A stretch of DNA of 64,000 nt, taken from assembly GCF_006345805.1 (NCBI RefSeq), contig NC_043000.1, positions 36,022,001 to 36,086,000 on the forward strand, given 5' to 3'. Below are positions 51,280 through 64,000 of this stretch, piece by piece. Position numbers and translations under genes: made by a program. Every line of letters starts with the position of its first letter. Within the stretch, counting starts at the first letter, position 1. The notes beneath the pieces are model-generated. The model saw only the letters and a program-made list of their open reading frames with translations, ran no database searches and was not told the DNA's origin. This DNA is from Octopus sinensis (taxonomy: Eukaryota).

Positions 51280-52942
51280 GTGTCCAATACTTGTTCAAAA
51301 ATTTCTTCAAGAGATCAGAGATTTAAAGCAAAATAAATTTACCCAGAATTGAAATAAGGCAATGCATTTGGGTCCCCAAACAGCTTGCTATGTATTCCAT
51401 GCTATTCTCTTATTGGTTTATTAAACGTACACACGAAGGTCGTATATTTTTCTATGGTAAATAGAATGCGTTTGATGTCCATACCTTTCTTTTATCATAT
51501 TACTTGGTTCAACTGACATAAACAAAGATCAAACAAGAATTGAAAGCGATTGAAACGGCGCCAAAGATTGAGCTCTCGGTGAGCCCCTTATCTTTCTCCC
51601 CTACAACACTTTCTATTTCGGCTCCAAATATTGATTTAGCCAGCTTTTATAGTATCAACGCGCACGCACACCAAAGAACCACTACTTCTCTATCTATTTG
51701 GTTTCAACATCGTTATCTGTTGACAATTGACAGTTTTCTAATGCTCATTCTTCTTGCAACTATCTTTCTCTAACCGCCACCGCACCACCACCACCAAGGC
51801 CACCACCGCCACCACCACTACTATGACGTTCTGTTTTGCAAGTAATGTCATATCCGCTACAAGTTAGATTTTTATGTAAACATAAATGCTGCCACTATGA
51901 TCTTCACCATAAACGTATATAAACTATAATTCTACATTGACAAAACAACTACCTTGAATCGGTTTCCCTTCAGAACTTACAAAATCTCTCGCTGAGAACT
52001 TCTTTCGTATGAAGATGAAAATAGCATTCTTTATCCTTTATCATTATTGACCTTTGGACACCAACAGCAACAAACGCTCTTCTCTGAAGCATCTCATAAA
52101 ATATTATGAAGCTATAAAGCCGGCAATCAATGTAAAGAGAAAATCTCTGGTTGTACTAAAATATTTCACAATTAAAAGAAATAAAATAAAATTCAGCAAA
52201 GAATTAAGGGAGAGAACTCCAGTGGGTTTGTGGAATAAATGTAGAAAAAGTTGCGAAAGGTTGCATGCACCGAATGTTGGCAGAGAAAAAGAATTCTCAG
52301 TTAACTGGAATTTCCTCTACGGTGATTGTTACAGGATTTCAAAGAAAAAGAAAGGAAGAATTTGAAGAAATTGCTGAATAAATTTTTCAGGGAGTGATGT
52401 GATTTATGCTAGTAGGCAAAGGTAACAAACAAAACCACGTTTCAATCTTATTGAACCTCATCAGCATTTCAGCAGCAACATTGAGAGTTGTAGGTAATCA
52501 GTTCAAGAAAATGCCTGGCAACTGAGATAAATAGAGAAGATAGGTTGAAAGTATAAATATGGTTATAGAGTCCATAAAATGTCGGCCGATGTGTTTAAGA
52601 GGAGACATATCTCCGATCAGAGATACTCGACTGTAAAACCAAGCAATAGAGGTAGAGAGAGAGAGAGAAAGAGAAAGAGAGAGAGAGAGAAAGAGAAAGA
52701 GAGAGAGAGAGAGAGAAAGAGAAAGAGAGAGATAAAGAGAAGGAAAGAGAAAAAGAGAGAGAGATAAAGAGAAGGAGAGAGAGATAGAGGTATGTATGCG
52801 CTTGAGCTATAAATATTCCTGCTCTGATACACAAACAACATCCGGGTAATCAATATTTATGATCGCTCTATGAAATTAGAAAGCTGCTTCTTGCACAAAC
52901 ACACCTGCTCGCCATATATATATATATAATATATATATATAG

Positions 52943-52976
<34 letters not shown>

Positions 52977-53028
52977 ATATATATATATATTATATATATA
53001 TAATATATATATATATATAATATATATA

Positions 53029-53059
<31 letters not shown>

Positions 53060-53188
53060 CATACATACATACATATATATATATACATATACACATATAT
53101 ACATACACACATTCACTAACATATATTGTGTGAATATATATATACATATGAATATATGTAACTATATATGTATATATATATGTATGTG

Positions 53189-53265
<77 letters not shown>

Positions 53266-53649
53266 AGATAAATATACATGCATACATACATACATCTATG
53301 CATATCTATATAAATATGCTTTTATATATGTGTATATTCATGATTCTTTTGTGCACACTGTTTAAACATATATGACTATATGACTGTATATGTACATATG
53401 TGTATGTGTGTGTGTCTGTGCATTTGTGTGTCTGTATGTGCGTGTATGTGTGTGGCAGTGTAGGTTTTTATTTCTCTTTCATATAGTTTTCAAGACAAAC
53501 AACGTTAAATTGTGTTTGTTCTTTCTTACAAGTTAATATGTTGTTGCTGTTATGAAATCTGTTGTCATGAAAACGTTTAAAGGGTTTTCTCAAAGACAAA
53601 CCTACAAAGAAGAGATAATACTTTCTTTGAGAATTTTAGGTACAGTATG

Positions 53650-53800
53650 AACTCATAATACTCCAGCAGTACCCCCAAATTTCGTCCTCCAGTTGCAGGG
53701 ATTTTGAGGTTGAAAAGGTTAGTCAATGACCCGATCCTCCTTCATCCTTCTGCGCAATGTATAGTGTGGGCTACATAATGGTGACCAGTGTAACACCATG
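53650..53800 (-). mobile_element. Possible degenerate LINE RT-thumb fragment
   Basis: PTLYIAQKDEGGSG resembles the LYLPRKEGGLG motif; otherwise stop-ridden. Confidence 0.25.
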
Positions 53801-54034
53801 ACTTGGTCTATGACTGCCTGTATCGTGTTCTCACTGTTGCAAGTATTTGGATCAGGTTCTCGGTGGCCGGCTACAGTGAACCGGCGATGCAAATGAACAC
53901 CCTCTATTTGATCTTTTATAAAATTTTCCTTTAGCCTTCGGATCCATGGGACCTGTTACCCGGCTTTCTATGGCATATGCCTGGAGATAATAACATTCTC
54001 CCTGACGCCGGTTCATTACAATGTTAAAGGTCAG

Positions 54035-54192
54035 CAGTTCTGGTTAATGACTGGTCCTTTATTTCTTTATATTCGAATGGATCAAAAGCAAACCTGACAT
54101 TCGCGGGATTCAAACTCAGGACGTAAACAGACGGAAGAAATCGCTGCCCAGACATTTTGACCAACGTGCTCACCATTCTGCCAGATCGCCGC
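54035..54192 (-). mobile_element. SINE family B, diverged
   Basis: gattcaaactcaggacgtaa..cattctgccagatcgccgc. Confidence 0.65.
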
Positions 54193-54784
54193 TTTTTTAC
54201 AGTTTTTTTGGTTGACTCCCGCAAAAACTAAAGTCCTTCGTCCCTGCGGTCGTCGATTTCCAGATGTTTAGGCGAAACATTAACTGTCTCAGCTTCATCA
54301 GTTTGGGGAGAAGGGGCTCCAAAAATTATGGGTACATTCTCTTCCTCTAAATCAATTCTTTTCAAAGAGCCACATATTAGAAGCAATTTTCTAAGCCACC
54401 AACTGTGGTGAGGTGACCCTACAGTTGGTGGTTTTCTTACATCCCATGTCAACTGTGACTCTATAAAGTATGTTAAAATGTCTTCCATCAGCGACCTTCT
54501 TGCTTTTTGCTATATCTAAAACAACATTTTTCCGACGTATCCTTCCGTTTTTACGATGTTGTGTTAAGTTTAAAGGAGATCTGGCTGTTATTTCTCATCT
54601 GACATGACTCTCATTAGCTGGTACAAGACATATTTACCAGACCTCCTTCAAAATATAGACATTTCTTATTTGAATACCATTCTTGTAGTCCAACCTTGTC
54701 TTATAAACTGTAACATTTTCTTTCTGCTCATTCGTGTTTTTCTCTCACACACTTTTTCTCATTATTCCTTTCAGCCTGTCTGTC

Positions 54785-55048
<264 letters not shown>

Positions 55049-55660
55049 CCTTTGCCGTTCTCTCTCTCCCTCTCCCTCGCTTTCTTCCCCTGTTTCTCTC
55101 TCTCTTTATCTCTTCCTCACTATCAACAAAGCAACCGACAACAGGAATTCTACCAACATAATCACTTTGATTAGTTCCAATTCTATTTAATTGTCCCTTT
55201 CATGTTCAAAGCCTCCAAAAGCAGCCAAAAAGTTTGACTATAATCAAAACAATCTTAAAAGAGCTTCGATGAAAACTTGGTTTGCGTTTATAAAATTGCA
55301 CATGTTATCCCATGCTATTGCAACGGTTTGACAACAAGAGGAAATTTCAGAGATGGTAGAGTTCGTACAGAGAATCCATTTCAGTTGCTGCCAGCAGTTA
55401 AAAGACATGAAAGAGTTAACCAAAATGACAGGAAATTATTTAGAAAACCGTAGAGTTAATAATGTTTCGGAAACTATCGAAACATTGGCGGTAACGTTGC
55501 TGTATTGGGTTTATCATGTATATAGTAACCATTTCAGACATAATAAATCATATGGTGTGTATAATGCGACAGGTACCTGAGAATCTTGTTCTGCACTTAT
55601 ATATGAAGATACATATATACATAATACATACATACATACATACATACATACATACATACA

Positions 55661-55695
<35 letters not shown>

Positions 55696-56929
55696 TATTA
55701 TATAGGTGCAGGAGAGACTGTGTGGGAAGTAGCTTGCTTACTGCTATGTCGCATTGGAAGTCACGTCGTACGTGAGAAATTGAACATTTGAAGCACGACC
55801 ACAGGTAAATTATCTGTTTTTTGGTGCTTAGTGGGAGTCTGCTGTTTGTATTTAGGTATTTTTTTCGAACAGGGGTCTCCACTGGGTTCCAGGTATTTGT
55901 TTGCCAGTGATCGTGTAAGAAGACTCACTGCGTAGTGAGAATTGGGTTTATTTTGGGAGGCGTGTCATGCCGAAATTTTTTTTGAATTTTCTAGGTCTGT
56001 GTTTGTGCCCTTTCAAGGGGATTTTTACCATAAAGGATAGGAGTACAGAAAGAGTTGGATGGAATACCATTTGTACTGCGAAGGACTACAAGTTTGGATT
56101 ACCGGAGTAGCAGAATTGTGTTGAGTTGTGTTGCCATTTTGGATTATCTTTCTTCGCTCTTTCTTCTCCTGTCTGTCTTTCTGTCTTTCTGATCTTTTTT
56201 GATTTTCTTTATAGACTTTCATTCTAACATTTTGATTTTTGTAGTTGTCCATCGATGGATCCTGAGACGGCGGTGGTGGTGAGGGGGAGAGGGTCCTCCG
56301 GCGACGGCATGTCCAAAAACCCCTTCGGTGGGATGTGTGCCACCGGAGGATGTGAAGAAGATAACTTCGTCAGTGAGATGTGTGCCACCGAGCGAGGGAG
56401 TTGAGGCCCCTCCCAGTAAAAGTGGTGAAGAATATATGCTCTTCTATCTCAGGGGAGGGGCTATTGACAGTTTCGTGGAGACCCTAGAGTGGCCTCCGTA
56501 GGTGGCTGGTCTGGTGCTAGAAAGAAAGTATTGTGATCTCATAATTGACTCTTGTAAAAACGTGAATTATAGAATTTTTTGGGGGCCCCGGATTGCGGTT
56601 GCAGGAATGCCTGCAAGTTGCAAGAAAATTACCCGGGGAAGGACTGTAGAGGTTTATCGCCTCCAATTTGTGTATAAATTGTGTTTTATAATGGTATGGA
56701 AATTTTAGTCCAAATATAAAATATTTTAAATTGTAAGAGGGTTCATACATCTGTATCAGCGTTTTTAAAGAACAATGTTTTAGAGAAGGAGAGGACCGGC
56801 GGGCGCTTTCTGTCTTCTCCCATCCTTATCATTTTTGGATCATAATCATTCGCCTCATCAATGTCTGTGTCCAGCCCGCAAAGCTACCTTATCTATGTGC
56901 TGCCTATATGGCAAATTCAATGAATAAAG

Positions 56930-57315
56930 GTAGCTTGCTTACCAACCACATGGTTCCGGGTTTAGTCCCACAGCGTGGAAACTTGGGCAAGTGTCTTCTA
57001 CTATAGCCACGGGCCGACCAAGCCCTTGCGAGTGGATTTGGTAGACGGAAACTGAAAGAAGCCTGTCGTATATATATGTATATGCATATATATGTAGGAT
57101 TGGGGTTTGTATGTCTGTGTTTGTCCTCCCAAAATCGCTTGGCAACCGATGCTGGTGTGTTTACGTCCCCGTAACTTAGTGGTTCGGCAAAAGATAACGA
57201 TAGAATAAGTACTAGGCTTACAAAGAATAAGTTCTGGGGTCGATTTGTTCGACCAAAGGCAGTGCTCCAGCATGGCCGCAGTCAAATGACTGAAACAAGT
57301 AAAAGAATAAAAGAG
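56930..57315 (+). mobile_element. SINE family A, nearly full length
   Basis: gtagcttgcttaccaaccacatggttccggg..ccagcatggccgcagtcaaatgactgaaacaagtaaaagaataaaaga. Confidence 0.9.
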
Positions 57316-57808
57316 ATGTATATTATATATATATATATATTATATTATATATATATATATTAAGTGTGTGTTTGTGTGTGTGTACACACAATACAATACA
57401 AAGAAAATAGAGAAGCCATACACAGAATAATCAATATATTTATCATAATAGTCAATTGATGTTGTGTACGCGCGTTTCGGTTTATTACTTAAATCGCATA
57501 TCTATGCAATTAAATTGCTTTATGAACTTGAAAACGTTAGAAAAATCACATCAGGGCAAAAATTGATTGTTATCGATGTCAAAAGTGACTGTCCAATTTT
57601 AACTGTATTGTTAAAATTTTTTCTCCTATATCGAAAATATGGAGACATCTGTAAGCGACAACTGGAATTGCACAAGTGTAAGGTACTAATATCGAAGAAG
57701 AGCCAACGATAAAGATATGCCCATGTGGAATTACCAGTTTCGTTAATTCATATAGAGCAAAACCGGTGAACGCTTGGATGAATATCCCTAGGAAAGAACA
57801 ACCGCTTT

Positions 57809-57849
<41 letters not shown>

Positions 57850-57852
57850 ACA

Positions 57853-57888
<36 letters not shown>

Positions 57889-58645
57889 CTTTGTTATTAA
57901 AACTGCAAAAGGACGATGTTACACGAATAAAAGTACAAAAATACGTAAAAACAATAATGATAGCACGAATACACACCTTACACTCCACTTGATCTATCTC
58001 TTTCCCTCTCTTTCTTCTCCTCCCTTGTTCCTTGTTCCCCTTCTTTCTCTCTTCATCTGTCCCTTTCTCCCCTCTTTTGTCCTCACGTGACCAGCCAGCG
58101 ACTACTGCCTTTTCGCATCCAGCAGTCATTGTGGCAACACGTATTTGTTTGTTCTCTGTGGCCTTAAGGTACTTTTCTATTGCCAGCTCAAAACTTAACT
58201 CGTCCTGTCGAAAAGACGCTTGTCCTGACGTCCTGCTTATGTTGTTATCCTTACCATTATTGTTTTTACGTATTTTGTATTTTTATTCGTGTAACATCGT
58301 CATTTTTCCGTCCCGTGTTGGTACATTCGGGCTTCTTCTTCAAGGAATCTAATGCGCTTGGCTTAGATTTCCCTTGGGGGCTGCGCAGATCGGAGCAATC
58401 TCAAGATTAATCAGCCGAAATTGCGAAGATGATCCGGTTCTTGACTGATGATTGAGGGCTTCGAATGTCCCGTCCGTGTTTTTTGTGTCGTCTCCTTCTA
58501 AATGTTTCACGTTCTGTCCCAGTTTGTATATTTTTTTTACTTTCACATATACATGGCGGCTACGTACGCCGTTTTTGACCCTATAGGTCAGTATATACCC
58601 CTTTATATATATATATATATATTATATATATATATATATATATAG

Positions 58646-58679
<34 letters not shown>

Positions 58680-58796
58680 TATTATAAAGCCTGATATATA
58701 TTTTATCATCTCTTTTGACGAACTGCTGAGTTACGAGGATGCAAACATATCAATAACGGTTGTCAATCGGAGTTAGGAGACAGTGACACATTGACA

Positions 58797-58831
<35 letters not shown>

Positions 58832-58857
58832 GCGCGCGCACACATAATTATATATGT

Positions 58858-59028
58858 ATATGACGGACTTCTTTCAGTTTCCGTCAATCAAATCCACTTA
58901 CAAGGCTTTGTCGGCCGGGGGCTACAGTAGAAGACACTTGTCCGAGGTGCTACGCAGCGGAAGTGAACCCGGAACCATGAGGTGTGGAAGCAAACTTCTT
59001 ACCACACAGACACACGTGTTTATTGATT
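58858..59028 (-). mobile_element. SINE family A head and central domain
   Basis: gacggacttctttcagtttccgtc..gtagaagacacttg..gaacccggaaccatg..cttaccacacag. Confidence 0.8.
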
Positions 59029-59963
59029 TTTTACAAGGAAAAGGAGATTGTGATTTTGGAGTTTCGGCTGGCTTGCTTGCTTTCGTTAGATCGTCTACCG
59101 AAGGCACGCCGAGCAAAACTTCGAAGAAACAATCAAAGTTTTGCTCGTTAAAGTTGAATAAGTATAAGTATTTATACGTTCAATGCATTTCCATCTCCAC
59201 CGTTACCTGTCTGCTTCTATCTCTATCACTTTCCCCTCACTAGAAGGAAGGGCGATAGTGACCGCTTGACATGTCTGTAATATGATAAAGCTAGTTGTAC
59301 GTCTCTGTCTCTCTTCCTCTCTCTCTTTTTCTCTTGTCCTCTCTTTCACGCACACATATGAACGGCCGAATGCTGGTTCACTAAATTATCTTTGTTGAAA
59401 CTCAAACATGAAAATTATAATTTAAAGAACAAGCTGTCAAACAAACAAAATTGTGATTAATGATATATTATATGTGTAGTCCGATCTTATTTACATATTT
59501 CTATGCATTTGTTTGTTTAATTTAGCCGCTAAAACTCTCTCAATAAACTCTCTAACTTTTTTAAGATTGGAACTTCATATTTGACATCGTCAATATTTGA
59601 AAAACACATAATAAAGAAGAAAACTTAATCATATCGTTTTTATTTGGTTCGATTGAAGGTCACCGTAGGAGAGGAATTATTCAACTACAACAGCAACATT
59701 CATGAACCAACAAAAGAACCCGTAAGTAGCGTTTCAAATTACTTTCAGAAGTTTGTTAGAAAAACATGTGAACTTCCAGAGCTGATATCATGAAAGATAA
59801 ATTTAATATTATTTATTCAAGTTTATTTTCCGTTCTCTTTTAACAATCTTCTAAAGTGATTGAAACCGGTAAATATCTACATTTTTATTAAAATGTGTTT
59901 TGATAAAAAAGTAGATATTTTCTTTGTTTTATCAATGATAGAGTTCTCAAAGAATTTTTTCGT

Positions 59964-60028
<65 letters not shown>

Positions 60029-60075
60029 GATCTATCTATCTCTCTCTCTCTCTCTCTCTCTCTGATATATATATA

Positions 60076-60149
<74 letters not shown>

Positions 60150-60568
60150 TGTTTGTGTGTGTGTGTGCATATATACATACGTATATGACATACTTACATC
60201 TATACGTGTGTGTATATATATATATATGCATATGTGGGCGTCACGAAACGTGTAGAACTAAAAAAATACGAAGTACGAGTACATGGAATAAGAACTATTC
60301 TTTCGAACAACGATAGACACAAATGGAAAACAAAACACACAACATAAAGAACAACCCTTCATCAGTTGTTGGCTGTTTTTCTTGTCTCGTATTTCGAGCA
60401 TTTAACAACAATATACGCTTTCGATAGTTCCTGCAAAGCAAATTAAATATAATTTGTGATTTTGCGGAGGGTCTAAATCGGTAACACAATAATATATGTA
60501 TAAAATTGGAAACAGAATAACACACACACATGCATACACACACACGCACACGCACACACACACACACA

Positions 60569-60610
<42 letters not shown>

Positions 60611-60819
60611 TATTACGTCGCTGGGAAAGATAGGACAACATGGCTGGATTGATACGATCAAATATATTTTGGCAAGGAAAAGACATTGAAACGTGTTGTA
60701 TGGGAGTGTGTACGTGGCTGAGTGTGTGCATATATGTGTAAATGCGCGCCTGTGTGTGTGTATGTGTGTATGTGTTTGTGTGTGTAGAATGGTACGATTG
60801 GAAGAATAAAAGAACGTAC

Positions 60820-60925
60820 CGCGTGTTCGGTCTACGGAATTGTGTGGGCGTCTCAAAGACTTTGAAGTATAGGCTATCCTCCAGCCGCGAGTCCGCTACC
60901 CTAATCACTGGGCCATTGCACCTCC
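60820..60925 (-). mobile_element. SINE family C head, diverged
   Basis: Reverse complement: ggaggtgcaatggcccagtgattagggtagcggactcgcgg. Confidence 0.7.
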
Positions 60926-61039
60926 ACAACAGATATTTACCAAAAAATACACACACACGTACACACACACACACATGTATATGAAGTTATTTCGTTTTCC
61001 AAGTAAAATTTTATTTCAAACATAAACTCGAAACAAGAT

Positions 61040-62200
61040 TGGTCTAAGGAATAATGATGATGATGATGATGATGATGATGTTGAGAGGGAAGAGGAGGTG
61101 GAGAAAGGGGAGGATGAGGAGGATATTGATGAGGATGGCGATGATGAAGACGAAAATGATGAGGGGAGGATGAGGTTGATGATAAGCATGATGACAATGA
61201 TGATGATGAACGGGATGATCATGATAACGATAATGGCGACGACAACGACGACGACCAGAGCGCCATCACGACGGCGATAGTAACAACACTAGTAATACTG
61301 ATATTAACATGATGTTAATAATGATGGTGTTAATAGCGTCCACTTAACAGAATCGCTTGGAAAGTACATTAATACCGACCAGGCAGATTTCCTATGTGAC
61401 ACGGCTTAGATCTTGTGGACAACAACAACAATAGGGACAACAACAAAAAAAACTGCATTAAATGAATTGGGATAATAACAGTAACAACAAGATCAACATT
61501 GGATTATTGCGCTCACTCACATACCACCACCACCACCACCACCACCACCACCACCCACACAGCCACCACCGCGTCCATCACCACAGCTACCACCACTACC
61601 ACCGCACCACCGCCGCCGCGACCACCACCACCGACGTCGCCACGGTCGTCACCGCCGCCATTGACGCCGCCACTACTGCGCCGCCATTGCTGCCGTCACA
61701 ATTAACATCAGAGACAATAAAAGTAACAAGATGAATGTCTGGAGAGGGAAAAGCTCAAGTCAGCACCAGAAACACCATCACCGTCACCAGGCACTACAAC
61801 CATCCACCTCCTTCTACATCCTCCACCTCCCATTCCTCCCCGTCCTTCCCCTTCATCGTATCCACAGCAACAATCGGAACACGCACAAAAACACTAGTAC
61901 AATCTTCAATACCATCACCATTCCTCCATCGTCACCACTACCCCCATCGTCACCACTACCCTCACCGTCACCACTACCCCCTCATCACCACTACCCCCAT
62001 CATCATATCTACCCCCATTTTTACCACGACCCCGTGATCATCACTTCCTACATCACAACTACCCCATTACCACCTCTACCCTCCTCCTCGCCACTATCCC
62101 ACCATAACCCTTACCCCATTCCCTTTTCAGACATCACCACGCTGTCACTACTATCCTTCTTTTCCTCCTCTTTCTCAACATCATAATCACCATCAACACC
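61040..62200. repeat. Low-complexity (GAT)n/(CCA)n/(CAT)n tract with 18-bp tandem units
   Basis: Seen directly; ccatcgtcaccactaccc is repeated about three times near 61925-61995. Confidence 0.85.
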
Positions 62201-62240
62201 TCCGCCTTTCTCTACAATTTGTGACAAGCATCAACAACAT

Positions 62241-62605
62241 GGAGGCGCAATGGCCCAGTGGTTAGGGCAGCGGACCCGCGTTCGGAGGATCGCGGTTTCG
62301 ATTCCCAGACCGGGCGTTGTGTGTGTTTATTGAGCAAAAGCACCTAAAGCTCCACGAGGCTCCGGCAGGGGGTGGTGGCGACCCCTGTTGTACTCTTTCG
62401 CCCTAACTTTCTCTCACTCTTTCTTCCTGTTTCTTGTCCCGACTTCCTACGCAACAACTGAGCCATGATGCGCATTCATCCATCCGTCGATGCTCTCGGT
62501 GTCGTGGGTTGACCTGCTTTCTCTTCTGCGGGTCTTACGAATAGCAAAGGACCACGTTTCGAACTTCTCCCATCTTGCGAGCTCTGGGACGAAGACCGTT
62601 CGCTC
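62241..62605 (+). mobile_element. SINE family C, tail variant 2
   Basis: First about 190 bp nearly identical to 15558-15750, then an unrelated body (cccgacttcctacgcaac..gatgctctcggtgtcg..). Confidence 0.8.
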
Positions 62606-62727
62606 AACAGCAACAGTACAGCGTCAACAACAGAACCAGCGCCATCATCCCCACCAGGGACAAACACCACCAACCTACCACGATCAACACTTACCACTGA
62701 TACCACCACCTCCACCACCTTCCTCAT

Positions 62728-62888
62728 ATACGACGGGATTGTCTAAATTTCCGTCTACCAAATCCACTTACGAGGCTTTGCTCGGCGTGAGCCTAAAATA
62801 GAAGCTATCAGCCCAAGATGCCACTCCGTGGGATTGAACCCAGGACCATGTTGTTGGGAAGTAAACTTCGTACCACACAGCCACTTCC
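62728..62888 (-). mobile_element. SINE family A head and central domain
   Basis: tatacgacggg..ccgtctaccaaatccacttacgaggcttt..gattgaacccaggaccatg..ccacacagccacttcct. Confidence 0.75.
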
Positions 62889-63067
62889 TCTTGCTCGAAG
62901 AATAGCTTGCCAGAATCGGCTGAGTATCAAATTTAGTTGTCTCTTTGTTTTGACTTAGAAATGATTCCAGAAGGAAGGGAAGTAGCGTAGCTGGGTAGTG
63001 AGTAGAGGGAAGGGTCCACCAGATCCACTCACAAGCCTCCAAGTTATAATGTAATATGTTAAAATTT

Positions 63068-63288
63068 AAGGCAGAACGTTAGCACGTCGGGCTAAATGCT
63101 TAGCGGTATTTCGTCTGCCGTTACGTTCTGAGTTCAAATTCCGCCGAGGTCGACTTTGCCTTTCATCCTTTCGGGATCGATTAAATAAGTACCAGGTACA
63201 CACTGGGGTCGACATAATCGACTTAATCCGTTTGTCTGTCCTTGTTTGTCCCCTCTGTGTTTAGCCTCTTGTGGGTAGTAAAGAAATG
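63068..63288 (+). mobile_element. SINE family B, near-consensus
   Basis: gcagaacgttagcacgtcgggctaaatgcttagcggtatttcgtctgccgttacgttctgagttcaaattccgccgaggtcgac. Confidence 0.9.
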
Positions 63289-63577
63289 AAAATCTACGAA
63301 AAAATAAAATTTTTTTTTTTTTTCGTATATTTTCATTTGACTTGCTTATTTTTACGCTTTGGTATTTTGCTGAGTTTTTTCTTCGTGGAAAATGGCGATT
63401 ATGACATCTATATCTAGCATATAGGCTGTCCACTTTTAGTGGTCAGTCCTCTAAATTTTGTATGTAAAAAAATTTTTAATTTTCGGATTTAAAAAAAAAT
63501 ATGCTAGGCACTGGTTTTAATTGATTAATATCAATTTCTACCTTATTTAATTTTAAATTATATATATATATTATATA

Positions 63578-63628
<51 letters not shown>

Positions 63629-63714
63629 ATTATATATATTGTATATATATGTATATATATATGTATATAATATATAGTTATATAATATATGTGCAGACCT
63701 GCGTGTGTGTCTGT

Positions 63715-63920
63715 GTCTGTGTTTGTGTCCCGCCCCACCACTTGAGAACCGGTGTTGGTGTGTTTATATCCCCGTAACTGAGTGGTTCGGCAAAAGAGGC
63801 TGATAAAATAAGTGCCAGGCTTAAAAAATAAAGTACTTGAGTCAATGCGTTTGACTAAATTTTGCCAAGGCACTGCCCCAGCATGGCAGCAGACTGGTGG
63901 CTGAAACAAGTAAACGATGA
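63715..63920 (+). mobile_element. SINE family A 3' part
   Basis: gtgtttgtgtccc..ccccgtaactgagtggttcggcaaaaga..ccccagcatggc..ctgaaacaagtaaa. Confidence 0.75.
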
Positions 63921-64000
63921 AAGACTCTTTGTAGCGTAGATAAAAGGTCTGACATTTGAGGGGGGTGGGGCAAGTCGATTATATGGAAACCAGTTCTTGG

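Noticed and set aside
52431-52470. Minus-strand CUGAUGA..GAAAC GUG hammerhead-like motif
   Set aside because: Cleavage triplet is GUG, stem I does not pair next to the core and stem II is weak; at best a dead copy.
54228-54488. 86-aa minus-strand ORF with protein-like composition and an 11-bp-stem hairpin (ccaccaactgt/acagttggtgg)
   Set aside because: No recognisable domain; THAP-like and FN3-like resemblances did not hold up on spacing.
55780-56760. GC-richer block that could be a LINE ORF1 remnant on the minus strand
   Set aside because: No zinc knuckle or other diagnostic motif could be read.
61040-62200. His-, Thr-, Pro- and Asp/Glu-rich ORFs
   Set aside because: Explained by GC-rich trinucleotide repeats; no splice or domain support.

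Overview
Repeat-dominated, AT-rich animal genomic DNA, intronic or intergenic. The SINE families and microsatellite load match what I recall for Octopus (inference, no database search run). I found no confident host protein-coding gene, tRNA/rRNA gene or CRISPR array; nearly all ORFs in the track are translations of (TA)n, (TACA)n, (TATC)n, (CA)n or (AAT)n microsatellites. The window holds three abundant tRNA-headed SINE families, fragments of Tx1/L1, CR1-like, RLE-type (R4/Dong-like and HERO-like) and Penelope-like retroelements, two Tc1/mariner transposase remnants, a piggyBac-type MITE and Helitron-type elements. The most interesting signal is a set of minimal type I hammerhead ribozyme motifs from at least four unrelated sequence families. 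The best is a complete 46-nt motif at 16387-16432 (minus), inside a small element whose diverged inverted sister copy starts at the predicted cleavage site and keeps a hairpin with compensatory changes. Also notable are a Tx1 fragment inserted into (TATC)n and a 10.7-14 kb zone of foldbacks and duplications that may be assembly artefact. Repeat boundaries were read by eye and are approximate unless junction bases are quoted.
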